Part shown: positions 53,335-63,168 of the stretch, piece by piece
Position numbering within the stretch: the stretch's first letter is position 1
Layout: each line of letters opens with the position of its first letter
Assembly (NCBI GenBank): GCA_963733295.1
Contig: CAVTCS010000003.1
Location: 1,376,001 to 1,440,000, forward strand
Reading direction: 5' to 3'
DNA: 64,000 bases
From: Vulcanimicrobiota bacterium
Lineage (GTDB): Bacteria > Vulcanimicrobiota > Vulcanimicrobiia > Vulcanimicrobiales > Vulcanimicrobiaceae
Program-made: the position numbers and the translations under genes
Notes under the pieces: model-generated
Database searches by the model: none
What the model saw: the letters and a program-made list of their open reading frames with translations, nothing else
Told to the model about the DNA's origin: nothing

Positions 53335-54141
53335 CTACCTGCGCTCGAGGTCCCGTCCGGCGGCCGCTTCCCGGCACGGGAGGCGCCGGGCTAGCAGCTG
53401 GCGCGCGACGAGCGCACAGAAGACCGCGTTGCCCCCGACGTAGCGCCGCCACAATCGACGCGGCTCGACGCACAGGCGGTACAACCACTCGAGCCCGGCG
53501 CGCTGCATCCAGCGCGGTGCGCGATTGACGATTCCCGCCACCAACTCAAAACTGACGCCAATCCCCAGCGAAACCGGGACGGCGGTCCGCTCGCCGTTCC
53601 GGTACATCCAATATTCTTGCTTCGGTGCGCCCAGGCCGACGAATAGCAGATCCGGCCGCGCCGCTTGGACCGCGGACAATATCCTCGCGTCCTCGGATGG
53701 GTCTTTCTCAAAGCCGAACGGCGGACAATACGTTCCGCAAATCTCGAGCTTCGGGTGGCGACCGCGGAGCGTCGCGGCTGCCGCATCGGCGGCCCCATTC
53801 CGGCCACCGAGTAAGAACACGCGTAAGCCTCGCCTTGCGGCTTCCGCCGCGAGCACTTCGAACAAGTCCGTGCCGTTGACGCGCTCGGGCAAAGGGGTTC
53901 CGAGCAATCTTGCCGCCCACAGCAACGGCACCCCGTCGGGCACGCTCAGAAACGCGCCGGCGTAGACCTCCCGTAGCAAGTCGTCGCTTTGAAAGAGCAC
54001 GACGTGATGCGCGTTCGGAGTAACGACGTACCCCGGTTCGCCACGAGCGGCGGCGTGCGCGACGATCGCATCGACGACCGAATCGAAGCTCAGCGCATCG
54101 ATGCCGACACCCGCGATCCTAACCCTGTGACGAGGTTCCAA
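53335..54141 (-). CDS. WecB/TagA/CpsF family glycosyltransferase
   Basis: VTPN, PDGVP, ERVNGTDL, VGLGAPKQE, RAPRWMQRAGLEW. Confidence 0.92.
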   Translation of the reverse strand: MEPRHRVRIAGVGIDALSFDSVVDAIVAHAAARGEPGYVVTPNAHHVVLFQSDDLLREVYAGAFLSVPDGVPLLWAARLLGTPLPERVNGTDLFEVLAAEAARRGLRVFLLGGRNGAADAAAATLRGRHPKLEICGTYCPPFGFEKDPSEDARILSAVQAARPDLLFVGLGAPKQEYWMYRNGERTAVPVSLGIGVSFELVAGIVNRAPRWMQRAGLEWLYRLCVEPRRLWRRYVGGNAVFCALVARQLLARRLPCREAAAGRDLERR

Positions 54142-54277
54142 CGTTTTCAGGAGACGACGATTCTTGCTCGTGCGGCGGCGAGCCTTGCTTTCGGCAGCCC
54201 GTGTGACCTCGTGCCGGGGAGGCAGCGATTGGCTCCGGCGACGCCGAACGTAACGGAGCTTGGTTAAGGCTCCTCGG

Positions 54278-55604
54278 ATGGTAAAGACGAAGGCGCGAGC
54301 GGGCGAGGATCGCCTCGATCTTTGGCTCATCTACGCTATGCTCTCGCTGACGCTGCTCAGCGGTTTTCAAAGCAAAGACGGGGTCGACCTAGCGAACTCT
54401 CAACTCAATGAGATCTGCTGGGGCGCCGCCTATCTCATCGCAGCTGCGCGCCTGGTGACGCTGCGCAGCCGGCTGCGGGCTCTCCTCTCAGGCTCCGCGC
54501 CGCTCTTCATTTTCCTCGCGTTGTGCCTTTTTTCAACGCTGTGGTCGGTCCAGCCCGAGATCACTTTCAAGAATTCGCTCGAGCTCGATCGGTACCACGA
54601 TCGTCGCCGTTTACATCGTGGCCCGCCTCAGGCTCGCCGAGTTCCTCAAGGTTTTGATGTTCTTCTTTACGGCGAGCGCGCTCGTGAGCTTGTTCCTGAT
54701 CTTCGCCTCACCCGGCCGCGGACGCATGTTTTGGGGCAGCGGTTCGTGGGAGGGCATTTACGCCGAAAAGAATGCGCTCGGCGCGGCGATGGCCCTGGCA
54801 ATCGTCGTCTTCCTCATCTATTTGCTCCGGCGCGGCGTGAAGTCCAAACTCTGGGCAGCCGGCGGACTCGTTCTCTGCACGACGCTTCTCATCGGCTCCA
54901 ATTCCGAAACGGCCTTGCTCGATTGCATCGCCGTTCTTGGCATCGGCCTGGTCACGATCGCATGCACCTCACCTATGTACGGCGGCTTCGCACGGCTGGC
55001 TGCCATCGTTACGGGCGCCCTCGGGTTCGCCGGCGCGGCATGGACCGGTTTTAACTCGGAAACTCTTTATGCGCTCCTTGGCCGAAGCGATACCTTGACG
55101 GGACGCGCGGATTTTTGGCCGGTTCTCGTCGAGGCGATCGGCGCCCGCCCGTTTTTGGGCTACGGATATGACGCCTTCTTCCGCTCGAGCGTTTCGCAAG
55201 ATTACCTTAGCTTCTATGTCGTTGAAGCCGGCGGCTGGTCGCCGTACCACGCGCATAACAGCTTTCTGCAGGTTTGCCTCGATACCGGGTACGTCGGCCT
55301 CTGCTCGCTGCTGCTCTTGACCCTCGCAGGCTTCATCCGCGCGATCAAGCTCTACCTACGCGAGCGCGATATCGTTAACTTGTGGCCTCTGCTGCTGATC
55401 TTATTCCTCGTACTCGGCAGCTACACCGAGACCTACCTGGGCAGCTTCAATACGCTCGAATGGATTCTCTTCGTCGCGGCGTTCCTTTACCCGGTTCGAG
55501 CGAGCGCAGCGAGTTCGAGCGGACCTCAGCCCGGAAAAAAGCGCGCACGCCCGGCGCTTGCGCCGATGCGTGAATCGGAGATCGGCATCGGGTTGCGCGG
55601 CTAA
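54278..55604 (+). CDS. Wzy polymerase / O-antigen ligase family protein (apparent extra base near 54587)
   Basis: WEGIYAEKNALG, LTGRADFW, PFLGYGY, HAHNSFLQ; two overlapping ORFs join into one multi-TM protein. Confidence 0.85.
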
Positions 55605-55611
55605 GCTTCAG

Positions 55612-56604
55612 CTAGCGCGCCGTCTCCTGGCGCGGTCGCGCGCGGCCGTACGCGTTGTAGGTGAAACCGAAGAGTCCCGCCATGGCTCCGAGCCCGAGGG
55701 CGACGTTGCAGAGCGCTGCGACCGCGCCGCGGCGCCCGCGCAAGAGCGTGAAGGGAACGAGCGTCGCGGAACCCAGCACGACCCGCGCGTAGGCCTTGAT
55801 GCCGCGCATCGCGAGTCTTCTGCGACCACCCATATGCCGGTCGCAAAGCGAGAGAGTATTGCCGCGCCGGAAGTTCAACTTCAAGACGTAGGTAACGGTC
55901 GAACGCTCGGCTCCAAGCGACTCCTCCGCCACCGCGTAGCGCGCGTAGGCGAGCTTGGCGCCGCGCGCGTGGAGTTGGCGAAAAAACAGCAAATCCTCGC
56001 CGCCCGCGAAATTGAACGCAGGATCGAAGGCGAGTCGCAAGCTTTCGATCGAGTCCACTCGCATGAGACAGTTCCCGCTGTAGCCGTCGACGATGAAGTC
56101 GCCGTCGGGATGGATCGGGAGGTTGAAAAAATGGCCACGCTGCAGCCAGGCAGGCGCCTGCGCGGGCAAGAGTTGCAGCACCGGGCCGACCACGGCGTCG
56201 GCTCCCGTCGCCGCCTGCACTCGCAGCAACTCGACGAGCCATTCCCGACACGGCACTTCATCGTCGTCGATCATCGCGAGGAAATCGAACCCGTCGCGTG
56301 CGCGAGTGAGCGCAATATTCCGTACCGAAGAAAGCCCTGGTTCGGCGACGTGCGCGTAAGAGAGTTTTAGGGGAAAGTCGTGGCTCCTGCGTTCGACCAA
56401 TTCGCGCACGGAGGGCACCGTATCGTTGTCCAACACAAGGACTTCGACGTCGCAGGCTGCAGGGGGCGCGAGCTCCACAAGCTTGCCGAGCAAGCGCTCG
56501 AGCAATGCCGGACGGCGAAAAGTTGGAATCGCGATGCAAACGCGAAGCGCATTCCGCCCCGCTGCACCGGATTGCCCCGTGCTGCAAACGTCCAGGTTAC
56601 CCAT
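55612..56604 (-). CDS. GT2 glycosyltransferase (ExoM-like)
   Basis: IAIPTFRR, IDDDE, GGEDLLFF. Confidence 0.9.
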   Translation of the reverse strand: MGNLDVCSTGQSGAAGRNALRVCIAIPTFRRPALLERLLGKLVELAPPAACDVEVLVLDNDTVPSVRELVERRSHDFPLKLSYAHVAEPGLSSVRNIALTRARDGFDFLAMIDDDEVPCREWLVELLRVQAATGADAVVGPVLQLLPAQAPAWLQRGHFFNLPIHPDGDFIVDGYSGNCLMRVDSIESLRLAFDPAFNFAGGEDLLFFRQLHARGAKLAYARYAVAEESLGAERSTVTYVLKLNFRRGNTLSLCDRHMGGRRRLAMRGIKAYARVVLGSATLVPFTLLRGRRGAVAALCNVALGLGAMAGLFGFTYNAYGRARPRQETAR

Positions 56605-57625
56605 CGTAGCGCAGATCGAGGCCTGCGCGCGCGACGCGTCGTTCCCAGGAACGCTGCCGGGTCAAACGGTTATAGGCTTGGATCGTCCGGCGCGCGGGAG
56701 CGATCAAATTCACGCCGGTCTTTGCGAAGACCGAGCCGAGCCGGCCCTTCGCGTTTCGGCGGAGTTTCGGAGGACCGACTTCCTCCCGCAAGCGACGTGC
56801 GTGTCCTTCAAAGCCGTACACGAGGAAGCTCAAGTAGAGCGAACGGATGACGCTTTCGCGCAGCCGGTGCCTTTCACTCGGCGTAAGTTGCGGACCAAGT
56901 TCCTGGACAAGGCTCAGCTCGGCATCTCGCGCGCGCTCGTAGTCTTTCAAGATCGCGCGATACTTGCCCGCCATCGATTGGCGATACACCGCGAGCCTGC
57001 GACCTGTCGGATAGATGGGGAACTCTCGGCTGGCCCTCAGGATGAAATCGTAGTCTTCGTGATAGTGCGCCGTATTGAAGTTACCGACGGCCTCGAAAAT
57101 TCGGCGGTCGAACAGGCACAGGCTCGGCATCAGAAAGTCATCGCCGTCGAGCAGCAAATCGAAAGCGTTACCCGAATGCCGGTAGATCGGCCCGAGGTGC
57201 AGGAACCTCCCCCGGTCGTCCACGGCGTAGTGCGAACTGTAGCCGATCGCTATCGGCTCGGGAGCGCGCTGCAGCACCGCGATTTCGGTCGCGATCTTTT
57301 CGGGGAACCAGCGGTCGTCACTGTCCAGGAACGCGACGTACCGGCCGCTCGCGCGCGCGAGCGCCGCGTTCCGCGCGGCCGCCGTCCCGGCATTCGCCTG
57401 TCGCAAAACGTGCAATCGCGAGTCGTCGATTGTCGCAAGTCGCGCTTGCGTTCCGTCCGACGAACCGTCGTCGACCACCCACACTTCGAGTTCCCGATGC
57501 GTCTGGCGCAGCGCCGAGCGCACGGCGCCGAGAATGAGCCGTTCGCCCTGATAAACCGGAATGATGACCGAGACGAGCGGTTCGCTCGCCGGGGGCGCCT
57601 CCGCGAGGGATCCGGTAACGCTCAC
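56597..57625 (-). CDS. GT2 glycosyltransferase
   Basis: VSVIIPVY, VVDDGSSD, FLDSDD, EDYDF; GTGA coupling to wzx. Confidence 0.9.
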   Translation of the reverse strand: MSVTGSLAEAPPASEPLVSVIIPVYQGERLILGAVRSALRQTHRELEVWVVDDGSSDGTQARLATIDDSRLHVLRQANAGTAAARNAALARASGRYVAFLDSDDRWFPEKIATEIAVLQRAPEPIAIGYSSHYAVDDRGRFLHLGPIYRHSGNAFDLLLDGDDFLMPSLCLFDRRIFEAVGNFNTAHYHEDYDFILRASREFPIYPTGRRLAVYRQSMAGKYRAILKDYERARDAELSLVQELGPQLTPSERHRLRESVIRSLYLSFLVYGFEGHARRLREEVGPPKLRRNAKGRLGSVFAKTGVNLIAPARRTIQAYNRLTRQRSWERRVARAGLDLRYDG

Positions 57626-59054
57626 GGCAGTGTCTGCGGGCCCGGATTCAACAACGTCCCGGCATAGGCGCGAATGCCGCGCAGGTGCAGGGCTGCGATC
57701 GCTCCAGCGTAGACGACTGCGCCGGCTACGATAGCGAGAGCGATTCCAAGGAAGGTCGGCTGCCGTGCGATGAGCTCGACCGCGCCCACCATCAGAGCCG
57801 TGGCCGAAGTGATTTTGAGCAAGCTGCCCAGCGGAATCGGTACGTGCATGAGCCGCCGAGCCCAGAAGACGCTCAAGACGAGCCCGATGGCTTCGGCCGC
57901 GAGCAACGCGAGCGCCGCCCCGACCACACCGTTTCGCGGGATGAGCCACAGGCTGAACCCAATCGTCAGCGCCACACGTAGAAATGCGTTGACGGCAACG
58001 GCGCGAGTCTTGAACGTAATCTCAAACGCTTGCTCGAAGTAACCGCCCCGCAGCGACGAGAGAAACATCGTTATTGCGGCGAGCGCCATGACCGCGCCCG
58101 CGTGCAGGTGAAAGCCAGGACCAAGATAGACCCGGGAAATTGGACCCGCCAGAACCACGAGTCCCGCTGCCGCCGGTAGTCCGACGGCGAACACCAGCCG
58201 TGCGTTGTTGCGCATCTGCGCCGATAGCTGATCCTCCGCGCCGTTGTCGCGGGCGCGAAAGGCGAGGGGCTGTCCGGCAAGCGTGGCGGTCCCCATCAGC
58301 AAACCGACCGTTTGCTGCGAGAAATCGTTGGCCGCAGCATAGACGCCGACGAGCGCGCTTCCACCGAACGCTTCGAGCGTAAAGCGCTGGAACGTATTCG
58401 AGAAATAGCCGACGGAGCTCGCGCTCGAGGGCCAGCCGAAGCGCCAGAACTGTCGCAGCAGGTCACGATCGAGGCGTCCTCGCAAGGCGGGTTTCCACAG
58501 ATCGATTCTGCGGAACGCCGCCAGGTTGCCGACGAAGAATCCGGCGAGAAGAGCGGCTGCTTTCCACCCGAGCATGATGAGCACGAGCGAGGCGACAAGC
58601 GTCCCGAGCACGCGCCCCATCTGAAGCAACCCAAAGCCCAAGACCTGCAAGCGCGACTGCAGGAGCGTGATATTTAGCTCGTACCAACCGCTGATGACCG
58701 CGCAACCCGCCGCGAGCAACGTCAGCGGCCATCCCACGCTCGGATCGTAGATACGGAGGACGAGAACGATAACGGCCGACACCCCGAGCGACAAGGCGCC
58801 GAAAGCCACGCCGATCGTCGCGAGCAGATTCGGTTCTGCCTCCGACGAAGCGGTCGCGACCATCCGCAGGGCGGCCACGCGAAGCCACGAGTATCCGACG
58901 AGTCCGATTGCGTACGAGGTACTCAAGAGGAGCGCGTAGATGCCGAAACTGCCCGGGTCGAGGAGCCGAGTATAAATTGCGATGCCGGCAAAAGCGATGG
59001 CAGCGGGAAGGATTCTCCCGATGATGTAAGCCAGCCAGTTCTTAAAAATTTGCA
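57622..59054 (-). CDS. Wzx-type polysaccharide flippase
   Basis: YTRLLDPGSFGIYAL, GVYAAA, many hydrophobic segments. Confidence 0.85.
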
Positions 59055-59065
59055 TCAGGCGCCGC

Positions 59066-59911
59066 TCAGCCGGCGAGCTGCGCTTCCAGCCAGCGCTCAA
59101 GCAGGTCGCAAGTGGTTACGAAGTCGCCCAACTTAATCTCGGCAACCGCGACGCCCGCGCGTTCCAGTTGTTCGCTGCGAAAGCCGTCCCCGAACGCAAA
59201 CGATCCGGCCCGTTCGAGCGAAGGATACTCAGATACGTGGCCATCGAGCTTGAGGACCGCTCGAAGGCGCCCGGCCTCCGCCCAGGGAGAGGTGCCTTTG
59301 ACCGCAAGCGACGGATCGACCGCATAGAACGCGATGTCGTGCGGGGTCGAATACCACGGGGACGCCTCGACTGCTCGCCGATAGGTCAGTGGGAACTCGT
59401 CCGCGGAGGACAGCGTAACGTAGAGCGACTTGCGCGTCGCGAACACGGTCAAATCGGTAAGATCCACGAGCGCGTAGTCGCCGCCCAAAAGACGCCAGCC
59501 GCGGGTGTGCAAATGCGCAGCAAGCGTAATGCACGATTCCCAATCGTCGCCGACGAAGGCGACGGCCCGTCCGTCGCGTTCGATCACCGCCGCCCGCACG
59601 ACGTTCAAGCGGGTCGATTCCGCGATATCGGAGACGAGCGACGAGATGACCGCTCCCGCAACTTGTGGCAGAGCGCTTCTCGAGCTCAGAATCTTCCGGC
59701 TCGACTCCGAACTACCGGTTATGCGCCACGAGACCTCATCGCTGGAGACCTCGACGTTGACGCGCATCGCGGCCGAGTCCGGCAGCGTGCGCGCGTGGAA
59801 CAGAACCTGATGCAAGATCGAGATGACCGAACGGGGTGCGCGAATCGTGGCGTCCGCCCCGGCAATCTTCACCGAAAGCGAATCTAAGCCGGTCGGTCCT
59901 AGCGTCTGCAT
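59066..59911 (-). CDS. HPr-kinase-related protein with degenerate P-loop
   Basis: RAAVIERDGRAVAFVGDDWESCITLAAHL...GWRLLGGD. Confidence 0.5.
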   Translation of the reverse strand: MQTLGPTGLDSLSVKIAGADATIRAPRSVISILHQVLFHARTLPDSAAMRVNVEVSSDEVSWRITGSSESSRKILSSRSALPQVAGAVISSLVSDIAESTRLNVVRAAVIERDGRAVAFVGDDWESCITLAAHLHTRGWRLLGGDYALVDLTDLTVFATRKSLYVTLSSADEFPLTYRRAVEASPWYSTPHDIAFYAVDPSLAVKGTSPWAEAGRLRAVLKLDGHVSEYPSLERAGSFAFGDGFRSEQLERAGVAVAEIKLGDFVTTCDLLERWLEAQLAG

Positions 59912-59920
59912 GCGTCCACG

Positions 59921-60893
59921 CTATGCGAACGCAAGACGGTCTTCGCGGAACCACCGGTACGTCGCGCTCAATCCATCCTCGAGAGAGGTTGAGGCCGACC
60001 ATCCCAAGCTGTGAGCGAGCGCGAGATCGGGGCGCCGGCGCTGTGGATCCTGTTCGCGTGCAGGGAGGTGAATCGGCTCGTATTCCACGTGGGCGATCGA
60101 AGCGAGCGTCCGAGCGATTTCGTCGACGCTGCGCTCGTCGTCGCTCCCGACGTTGACCGGTGAGAGCTTCGCTTGCTCGCGTTCCATGACGATCCGCATG
60201 AGCGCTATCGCGTCGCTTACGTACGTCATCGAACGCGTCTGCTGTCCCGTTCCGTGGATGGGCATGCGCCGTCCGGTCTGCACCGCCTCGATCAAGGCCG
60301 GAATCAGGCGCCCGTCGCTTTCGGCCATTCCCGGCCCGTAGCAGTTGAAAAACCGCACGATCCGGCCGTTGAGACCGCGCGATCTGACGGCAGCGGCGAC
60401 GGCGGCTTCGCCGAAGCGCTTTCCTTCATCGTATTGGCTGCGCGGGCCGATCGGGTCGACGTTTCCAAAGTAACTCTCGGGCTGCGGATGAACGAGCGGG
60501 TCGCCGTAGACCTCCGAGGTGGAAGCGAACAGAAAGCGCGCCGAATGTTCGAGCGCGACCTCGATGAGCGCCATCGTGCCGAGCCCGTTCACCGCGAGCG
60601 TTCCCCAAGGATCGGCTCCGTACGCTTCCGGACTGGCGGGCGACGCCAGGTGATAGATGCGGCTCGAGCTTTCCTTTCACGGCCTTCGCGACAACCTCGC
60701 TAAGACGCTCGGCCGGCATCGCGACGTCGGCGTACACGAACGTCGCGCGTCCCGAAGAAAGCGCGTGTTCGAGATTTCGCACGTGCCCGGTAGAGAGGTT
60801 GTCGATGATGACGACCCGACCACCCTCGTCGACCAGCGCGTTCACCAAGTGGCTGCCGAGAAAACCCGCGCCGCCGGTCACCAAGGAGAGCAT
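59921..60893 (-). CDS. UDP-glucuronate decarboxylase / NAD-dependent epimerase (apparent extra base near 60662)
   Basis: VTGGAGFLGSHL joins IYHLASPASP...ASTSEVYGDP...YDEGKR. Confidence 0.88.
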
Positions 60894-60910
60894 GTAGTTG
60901 TGGACCCCCT

Positions 60911-61813
60911 CTAGTCTCCGGTTGAAAACGATGCGATGGAGCGTTGCAGTCTGTGTCCCAGCGCGTTCTGCTGCTCGCGTGCGGCGACCAACGCCGGGGA
61001 CTTCTGACCGTAGTGCGTCACCGCGTCGTGAGCCCATTTGGCTACCTGCGCGACTTGCGTTTGGAAGCCGCCGAGATCCGGACCAGCCGCCACTACCGTT
61101 CCCGCGTCCGAAGAACCGTTGAGCATGAGGAGCATGCCGGCACAGAGGACGGAGGTGACGAGGGCGCGCGCGGGCTTTCTTCCGACTTTGCGAGGCCGAG
61201 CGGGCGCGGTCAGCTCTTGCCGAGGACGATTTCGCTCGAACTCGTCGATCGCGCCGGCGTCCGTGGCAACGACTCCGATAACGTTGCCACGGAAGTGTTC
61301 GACCATGCGCACCATCATCTCGTCCTCGTCGCTGGACGGCCGGCCGACTCGTACCGTCAGCAAGATGCCGTCGACGAGCTGCGTGAGCGCCATCGCCGAG
61401 TTGCTGCTCAAGTACGTTCCCGAGTCGACGATCGCGTAGTCGTAGTCGGAGCGCAACGATTCGACAAAGGCCGCTAAGCCTTCACGCGAAACCGCGTTGT
61501 CGCATTCCGGCGGCAACTCCATTATCGTAACGTGACCCTGCGGGTTAGGCTCGGGCACTACGCCATCGGAATTTCCGGTGCCGGAGCGATTCTCGTTCAC
61601 GAGCGCCGCGCGATGACCCGATTTCGCAAAGCACCGGGCGAGCGAGTCTGCCGTCAAGGTCTTACCGTCACCGAGATGAGCCGAGGTGACCAGCAGGACC
61701 GCGGGCTTCTTCAACTCCGCTTCGACGCGCGAGCGGAGAAGTTGAACCTGCGAGTTGACGGGTGCTTCGACTTCGGTCAGGTCTTGGGGTTCGCTGTCCT
61801 TGTGTTTGTTCAT
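60911..61813 (-). CDS. CpsD/CapB (Wzc C-terminal)-like P-loop protein, divergent
   Basis: LVTSAHLGDGKT, YDYAIVDS, VDGILLTVR; directly after a Wzz-like gene. Confidence 0.7.
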   Translation of the reverse strand: MNKHKDSEPQDLTEVEAPVNSQVQLLRSRVEAELKKPAVLLVTSAHLGDGKTLTADSLARCFAKSGHRAALVNENRSGTGNSDGVVPEPNPQGHVTIMELPPECDNAVSREGLAAFVESLRSDYDYAIVDSGTYLSSNSAMALTQLVDGILLTVRVGRPSSDEDEMMVRMVEHFRGNVIGVVATDAGAIDEFERNRPRQELTAPARPRKVGRKPARALVTSVLCAGMLLMLNGSSDAGTVVAAGPDLGGFQTQVAQVAKWAHDAVTHYGQKSPALVAAREQQNALGHRLQRSIASFSTGD

Positions 61814-63156
61814 CGGTTCTTCCCTAACGTAGCGACGACCGGCAAGCCGTAGAGGCTCTCGATTTGAGCCTGACGGCGCAGGCGCGGATTGAGCTGTTCG
61901 GCGAGGAATGCGCTTCCGAGCGCGAGCAGGAGGCTTACCAGAGCGAAGACGGCGACAATACGCCGCTCACCGATCGCAAGGAGCGCCTGGGAGGGTATCG
62001 CTCGGTCGACAACAACGACCGATCCGAGCGAGAGCGCGTCCGCGCGATCCGCCAGAGACTGCGCGCGGCGAGAGGCGATCGTGCGGTATTCCGCAAGAGC
62101 CGCGTCGCGCTGCAGCCGCAGGAGTTCGAGCGAAACGGGCTCGGACAGCTGGTGCTGCTGACGCGCGATCTCGTCGCTTAGTGCCGAAACCTTCGCGCGA
62201 TCCGCCACGACGAGCGCTTCGGCCTTGCGCTGATCGGCGATAGCCGCGACGACCGAAGGACTGAAGGCGTGGGGATTGGAGAGCGCGTGGTCGACTTCTT
62301 GAGAAGCCGCCGCGTTCAGGCTGTCGACCTTCGCTTGAAGCGCAGGGAGACCCGGATAGCGGTCGGTATACTGGGCGCGAACGTCGGCCAACGCCGCCGA
62401 TTCTTTCGCTGCGCCGGTCACCAGGGTTTGGTAGTACGGATCGTTTTGCAAGATCTCTCGCCGGGCGATCTGTGCGCGGGTCTGCGCGTCGACGGCGATT
62501 GCCTGCGCCGAGGCGGCATCTCCTTGGAGATTCGCGTTGGCGAGAGCCCGTTGCGTTTCGAGTTCGTTCACCTGGTCCACGAGCGTTCCGATCGCTTTGT
62601 CATCGGTCGTCGACGTCTGGACCGCTCCCGAGGCCTTCAAACGAGCATCGATGTCTTGGATCCTGGTCGATTGCTTTGCGAGTTCGCTGTCGAGCGAATT
62701 CAAGTCGTTGTCGTAGCGAACCGTCGACAGCTGGTTGTAGTAGTGAGCGAGCTCGTCGGCAACGCCGTTGGCTACGGTCGCGGCAAACTGCGGGCTGGGG
62801 TCCGAATATTCGATCCGCATGATGCTCGACTTGAAAGGTGGAGACTTGGCCGTTATGCTGTTCTTCATCGCCTGAAGCGTCACGCTCAGACCCAGGTTGT
62901 GCCGGACCTGCTCGAGCACGACGGTGCTCGTCGCGATCGACGGAAGGTCGGGAGACGACAGCGTCGGGTCGTTTCGCGAGTTGCCGTTCACGACGAGGAC
63001 GTTCGCGCTCGCTTTATACGAGCGCGGGATCTTATCGATGAAGAACAGCGAGGCCAGCATCAGCACGAAGAAGACGCCGACGACGAGCCAACGATGCCGG
63101 TAGACGGCTTCGGAGGCGTCTTTGAGACTGGCGGTAGCGGCTTGAACGTAAGTCAT
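61810..63156 (-). CDS. Polysaccharide co-polymerase (Wzz/GumC-like)
   Basis: Two terminal TM helices, YKASANVLV, coiled coil, YTDRYP, VVVDRAIP. Confidence 0.82.
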   Translation of the reverse strand: MTYVQAATASLKDASEAVYRHRWLVVGVFFVLMLASLFFIDKIPRSYKASANVLVVNGNSRNDPTLSSPDLPSIATSTVVLEQVRHNLGLSVTLQAMKNSITAKSPPFKSSIMRIEYSDPSPQFAATVANGVADELAHYYNQLSTVRYDNDLNSLDSELAKQSTRIQDIDARLKASGAVQTSTTDDKAIGTLVDQVNELETQRALANANLQGDAASAQAIAVDAQTRAQIARREILQNDPYYQTLVTGAAKESAALADVRAQYTDRYPGLPALQAKVDSLNAAASQEVDHALSNPHAFSPSVVAAIADQRKAEALVVADRAKVSALSDEIARQQHQLSEPVSLELLRLQRDAALAEYRTIASRRAQSLADRADALSLGSVVVVDRAIPSQALLAIGERRIVAVFALVSLLLALGSAFLAEQLNPRLRRQAQIESLYGLPVVATLGKNR

Positions 63157-63168
63157 AGTTTCTCCCGT

